A stretch of DNA of 64,000 nt, taken from positions 320,001 through 384,000 of the forward strand of contig CAVSHR010000005.1 in the NCBI GenBank assembly GCA_963727625.1, in the 5' to 3' direction. Below the pieces are notes generated by a model. It worked only from the letters and a program-made list of their open reading frames with translations, had not been told where the DNA came from and searched no databases. This document shows, one piece after another, positions 60,311 through 64,000 of this stretch. Positions within the stretch are counted from its first letter, which is position 1, and the number at the start of each line of letters is the position of its first letter. The DNA comes from an uncultured delta proteobacterium. Its GTDB lineage: Bacteria > Desulfobacterota > Binatia > UBA9968. A program made the translations under genes and the position numbers.

Positions 60311-60340
60311 GGCTATAACACGCGTGTGGATCGGCGTCCA
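60311..60340 (-). promoter_or_regulatory. Sigma70-like promoter (duplicated)
   Basis: Minus strand TGGACG-N17-TATAGC; shares CGCGTGTTATAGCC with 58702-58715. Confidence 0.55.
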
Positions 60341-60364
60341 CTTACGAGTCGAGCCTGACGCTCT

Positions 60365-61744
60365 TCAGTCGGATTTCTTGTCAGAAGACCCGGGCGAGGT
60401 CGATGAGGAAACCTGACGGGACAAACGATACGCCATCAAGCCCAAGACGGCGACGCCTAACACCAGTACGCTCCACAAGATCCATTTTTTGTAATCGACA
60501 CCGTCACGCAACCGTGCCGCGCCGCCGAGCGCTGCAGCGGCGCCAAGCGTTGCCGGTTTGACGGCAAATTCCGCCGCAGTCCGGTAACCGGGTATCAGCG
60601 CGTCGATGCCATAGGCCGCCGGCTTGGCATCGCGATTGCCGTAGGCCAACTGAAACGGACCCTTGCCGCGCGCCGTAAACACCAGCGTTTGCGGCACCCA
60701 GCCAAGGTGAATCGTCGGAACTCCCGTGCCGATACCGCCGCCCTTCTGCTCGGCACGCAGCAACAATTGGCGCGCGCCGGCGCCGGATAAAGAAATCTCC
60801 GGACTCTCAACCTCGGCGTCGTCGCGGCGCAAGCGATAGACAACCGCAGTGGATCTTAGCCGCCAATCTTCTCCGTTCTTGCCACGCGCGAGTATTTGCA
60901 CCCGGGCCACGCTGTTGACTTGGGGCAAATCCACGCGCAGCCGGTCGAACGGGATCGGCCCGCCGAGATCGTAGCTAAATTCACCCGTCTTGCCGGCTAC
61001 CGGCGAGCCCTGGATCGTTTGCCAGAGGCGCGGCGCCGCAACCACGCCGGCGGTCGGTTCCGCAATTACGCTGAGCGACTCCAGCGGCGCTTGGCTTTTC
61101 GGCCAGGTGATCCGCAAATATTTATGTTTCGCGCCGCCGAGATCGAGGCGATTCTGAACCAAATTAAAGCCGCCAAAATTCACCCGCGCCAGCGCCGCGC
61201 TCCGGATCAACATCCGCCAAGCATTGAGATCGTCGCTGACTGCAACGCTGATCTTGCCGACGAATCCTTCCGCGCTGCCCCGCCAGCCAATCTGCAAAGT
61301 CCGGATTGGCTGTTTCAATGCCGATGCATCGAGCAAATAACCGATCAAGCGGCGCTCTTGCGGATTTGGCTCACCCCGGCTTCGCAGCGACACGATGGCG
61401 CCGTCGGCGCGCTTGTCGATGCGCACCTGCAAATCGTCGGCCTTGACGCCCACCGCGCCGCGCAGCGGGAATGCCGGCAGACGCACCGGCGCGGCTTTTT
61501 CGACGCGCTGGGTCTCCCTCGGCCGCAGCGCGTGCGGCACCACCTCCCCCTTCCCGTTAAAGACCCGGACATCGCCAAGATCGGCGCGCGTCACGCCGCG
61601 GTAGAGCGACGGCGGAACTTCGATTTCGTAAAGCGCGTCCTTGCCGTCGGTGTGAATGGGCATGCCGTAGGCAAAATCTGCCGGGCGCTCGGCGGCGACC
61701 GTGAGACCTGGTGTCAACGCAAGCAACAAAAAGAGTTCGATCAT
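60365..61744 (-). CDS. DUF3999-like exported protein with C-terminal TM anchor
   Basis: Signal peptide, DLGDVRVFNG.GE.VP, GPFQLAYG, ILWSVLVLGVAVLGLMA; ATGA overlap with upstream gene. Confidence 0.75.
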   Translation of the reverse strand: MIELFLLLALTPGLTVAAERPADFAYGMPIHTDGKDALYEIEVPPSLYRGVTRADLGDVRVFNGKGEVVPHALRPRETQRVEKAAPVRLPAFPLRGAVGVKADDLQVRIDKRADGAIVSLRSRGEPNPQERRLIGYLLDASALKQPIRTLQIGWRGSAEGFVGKISVAVSDDLNAWRMLIRSAALARVNFGGFNLVQNRLDLGGAKHKYLRITWPKSQAPLESLSVIAEPTAGVVAAPRLWQTIQGSPVAGKTGEFSYDLGGPIPFDRLRVDLPQVNSVARVQILARGKNGEDWRLRSTAVVYRLRRDDAEVESPEISLSGAGARQLLLRAEQKGGGIGTGVPTIHLGWVPQTLVFTARGKGPFQLAYGNRDAKPAAYGIDALIPGYRTAAEFAVKPATLGAAAALGGAARLRDGVDYKKWILWSVLVLGVAVLGLMAYRLSRQVSSSTSPGSSDKKSD

Positions 61745-64000
61745 CTTTCCTCCTGGGCCGTGGCCGGCGGCACGGGGGAAACGTAGCCGATCACCAGCAT
61801 CAGCAAGCCGACCCCGATAAACGAGACAATGCGCTCGATGCCGCCGACATTGGAGAGATCGACAAAAAATAATTTGACCACCACCACGCCCATCAAAGCC
61901 GCCCCGGTAAGCCACAGCGGCCGCAAACGTAGACGGGTCGCGGTCAACATCAGGCACAGCGCCAACAGCGACCAGAAGATCGACAGCGACGCCTGAACCA
62001 GCATAGAGCGCATCATCGGCGCGAAACCAAAGCGCACGCCGGCCCACTGGTGCAGCGAGCGCAGCAGCGCGCCGTTGAGCCAAAAGAAGGCGGCGCTGCC
62101 CAAGCCGACCGATGCGATCTCTCCCGACCTAAGCTGCGACGGCGCCCAGTCCTCCGAGCGCAGCCGCCGAGACCAAGCAAACAACGCCATCAACGCGGCA
62201 AATTGCGTGAGATCCAAAGGGTTGATCAGCGGCAAATAAGCAATCGGCGCGGCGTCGCCGCGGCTGGTGAAGTTGGCATGCAGCATCCACAACCAAAGAT
62301 AGGCCGCGAGCGGTATTGCGCCTTCAATCAGGTAAGCACGCGGACGCCGGGACAACGGCCAGACCGACGGCTGCTTTCGGTCGGCAAGCCATACCAGCAG
62401 TGCGATCGGCACGAGCGGCCAACCGATCACGCGCCATGCCTCGCCGCCTTTGACCAACTCACCGATCCACCACGCCGCTTCCCAACTCGCCAAAGCGGCG
62501 AACAGCCAAACACCGGCGGCGTGCCACCAGTCAACTTGCGGCATCTCCTTCTCGTTACGCCGAAGCAGCCAGAGGTGGGTGACGAAGGCGAGGGGCCATA
62601 CGATATAACCGAAATATTCAAGCGGGTGGACGGCCCGGGTAGTCTCGCCGACTCCTAACGCAAACATTAGCGGCAGTAATGCAATCACCGGATAGAGAGC
62701 TTCGTCCCATTTCAAGCGCCGCCGCAGCGCGCCGAAAAGCACGCAGGACACCGTGACGAAGAGGACGACGATGTGAACGCGATAAAATCGCCTTGCCAGG
62801 GGCTCGGCTCTGACGTACGCCGTAATCTCCTCGAACCCGCTGCCGAACCACCATAACACTCCCCAGAAAAATAGCGCGACGGCGACCGATGCCTCCTCGT
62901 CGCGCAATCGGTGGCGCTGCTGTTTGAGATACCAAGCGCTAAAGAGTCCCGCTACGCTAATCATAACGGCGCCGAGATAGAAGCGATTGAATACCGGCAC
63001 TGCGCCACGCGGTTCCGCGGCAGTGAGAAACAATGCCGCCCCGGCGGCGAATTGCAGAAAAATACCGAAGCCGCGCGCAAGAATTTTATCCTGGCGCACG
63101 CCGACCCAAACGATCGCCGCGCCTTCCATGGCCCAAGCCGCGGCGGTCCAGCGCCCGTCGACGGCCAACGGGATTGCCAGCGTACCGAAAACCGCGCCGA
63201 TGGCGATGAACGCTTCGACCAACAAGCGCAGCGGGACGGCGACCCGGGAAAAAAGCGATTTGGCCAGCAGCAGGTAAAAGCCGCTTAAAACCAGAGCGCT
63301 GTACGCCGCGCCATACTCGATCCCGCGCACCATGACGGTCTGAAGGCCGAATGCGATTAGCGGCGTGCCGAATACCAGTGTGCCGTCCACCGGGCTTTTG
63401 ATGCTGGCCTCCTGGCGCAGCGCGAACAGCACTGCGATCGCCACGTAGAAGAAAAAAAAGAGAATCAGAAACGGCTCGGTGCTGGCGAAGAGTTCGGGGC
63501 GATAGAACCTTCCGCCCCAGGACAGACCGATGACGAACGTAAAAGCAAAACCCAATAGATTGAGCGAGCGCCAGGCCTTGAACCAGGCGATGATGAGAAT
63601 CCCCGAGTTGAGCAAAGCATAGAAGCTGAACAGCGCCACGTGGCTGCCGGCGCCCGTGGACGCGAGAATCGGCGCGAGAAAACCGCCGCTGATGCCCATG
63701 GCGGCAAGCGAGCGCGAATCTTGCAGCACGGCCAACATCGCGAAAAAAACCGACATCGCCACCAGCAGCGCAAAAACCAATCCCGCCGGCAGCAACTGAT
63801 AGAGGCGAAAGGCGGCGAACAGCGTGAGATAGAGCAGGCCGACGCCGCCGCCCTGCACGATCAAAGCGTAACCGGGCCGCGCCAGCCGCAACCGCCAGCC
63901 GATCGCCAACATGACCGTGGCGCCCAAGGCAACACCGATCAGCCGCGCCTCGATGGGAATTTCGATATGTTCGGAAGCGTACTTGAGCAGGAAGCTCACC
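61741..64000 (-). CDS. DUF2339 predicted multi-TM membrane protein (5' end outside window)
   Basis: QGGGVG.LYL, GGFLAPILASTG, VVVKLFFVDLS...IERIVSFIGVG...GYVSPVPP. Confidence 0.8.
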   Translation of the reverse strand, partial: VSFLLKYASEHIEIPIEARLIGVALGATVMLAIGWRLRLARPGYALIVQGGGVGLLYLTLFAAFRLYQLLPAGLVFALLVAMSVFFAMLAVLQDSRSLAAMGISGGFLAPILASTGAGSHVALFSFYALLNSGILIIAWFKAWRSLNLLGFAFTFVIGLSWGGRFYRPELFASTEPFLILFFFFYVAIAVLFALRQEASIKSPVDGTLVFGTPLIAFGLQTVMVRGIEYGAAYSALVLSGFYLLLAKSLFSRVAVPLRLLVEAFIAIGAVFGTLAIPLAVDGRWTAAAWAMEGAAIVWVGVRQDKILARGFGIFLQFAAGAALFLTAAEPRGAVPVFNRFYLGAVMISVAGLFSAWYLKQQRHRLRDEEASVAVALFFWGVLWWFGSGFEEITAYVRAEPLARRFYRVHIVVLFVTVSCVLFGALRRRLKWDEALYPVIALLPLMFALGVGETTRAVHPLEYFGYIVWPLAFVTHLWLLRRNEKEMPQVDWWHAAGVWLFAALASWEAAWWIGELVKGGEAWRVIGWPLVPIALLVWLADRKQPSVWPLSRRPRAYLIEGAIPLAAYLWLWMLHANFTSRGDAAPIAYLPLINPLDLTQFAALMALFAWSRRLRSEDWAPSQLRSGEIASVGLGSAAFFWLNGALLRSLHQWAGVRFGFAPMMRSMLVQASLSIFWSLLALCLMLTATRLRLRPLWLTGAALMGVVVVKLFFVDLSNVGGIERIVSFIGVGLLMLVIGYVSPVPPATAQEER

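Overview
GC-rich bacterial DNA. The gene content (many amidohydrolases, NitT/TauT-type ABC binding proteins, UbiD decarboxylases, hydantoinases, MFS transporters) resembles Candidatus Binatia/Deltaproteobacteria-like genomes; that taxonomy is inferred, not tested. I found no rRNA, tRNA or CRISPR array. Most of the window is catabolic or transport genes. It also carries two intact type II toxin-antitoxin pairs, a SWIM-SNF2 helicase, a stand-alone SWIB protein, two decaying regions (P450 region at ~16-19 kb; adenylation-carrier-SGNH fusion plus IS630 remnant at ~50.9-55.1 kb) and many intergenic 7/8/9-bp-period repeat arrays and REP-like palindromes. The best candidate for an undescribed system is at 42.3-44.8 kb. 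There a membrane-anchored N-acetylmuramoyl-L-alanine amidase is followed 3 nt later by a MamK-like actin and then a small single-TM protein, with no magnetosome genes in the window. All family calls come from reading motifs by eye and recalling known families; no database searches were run.
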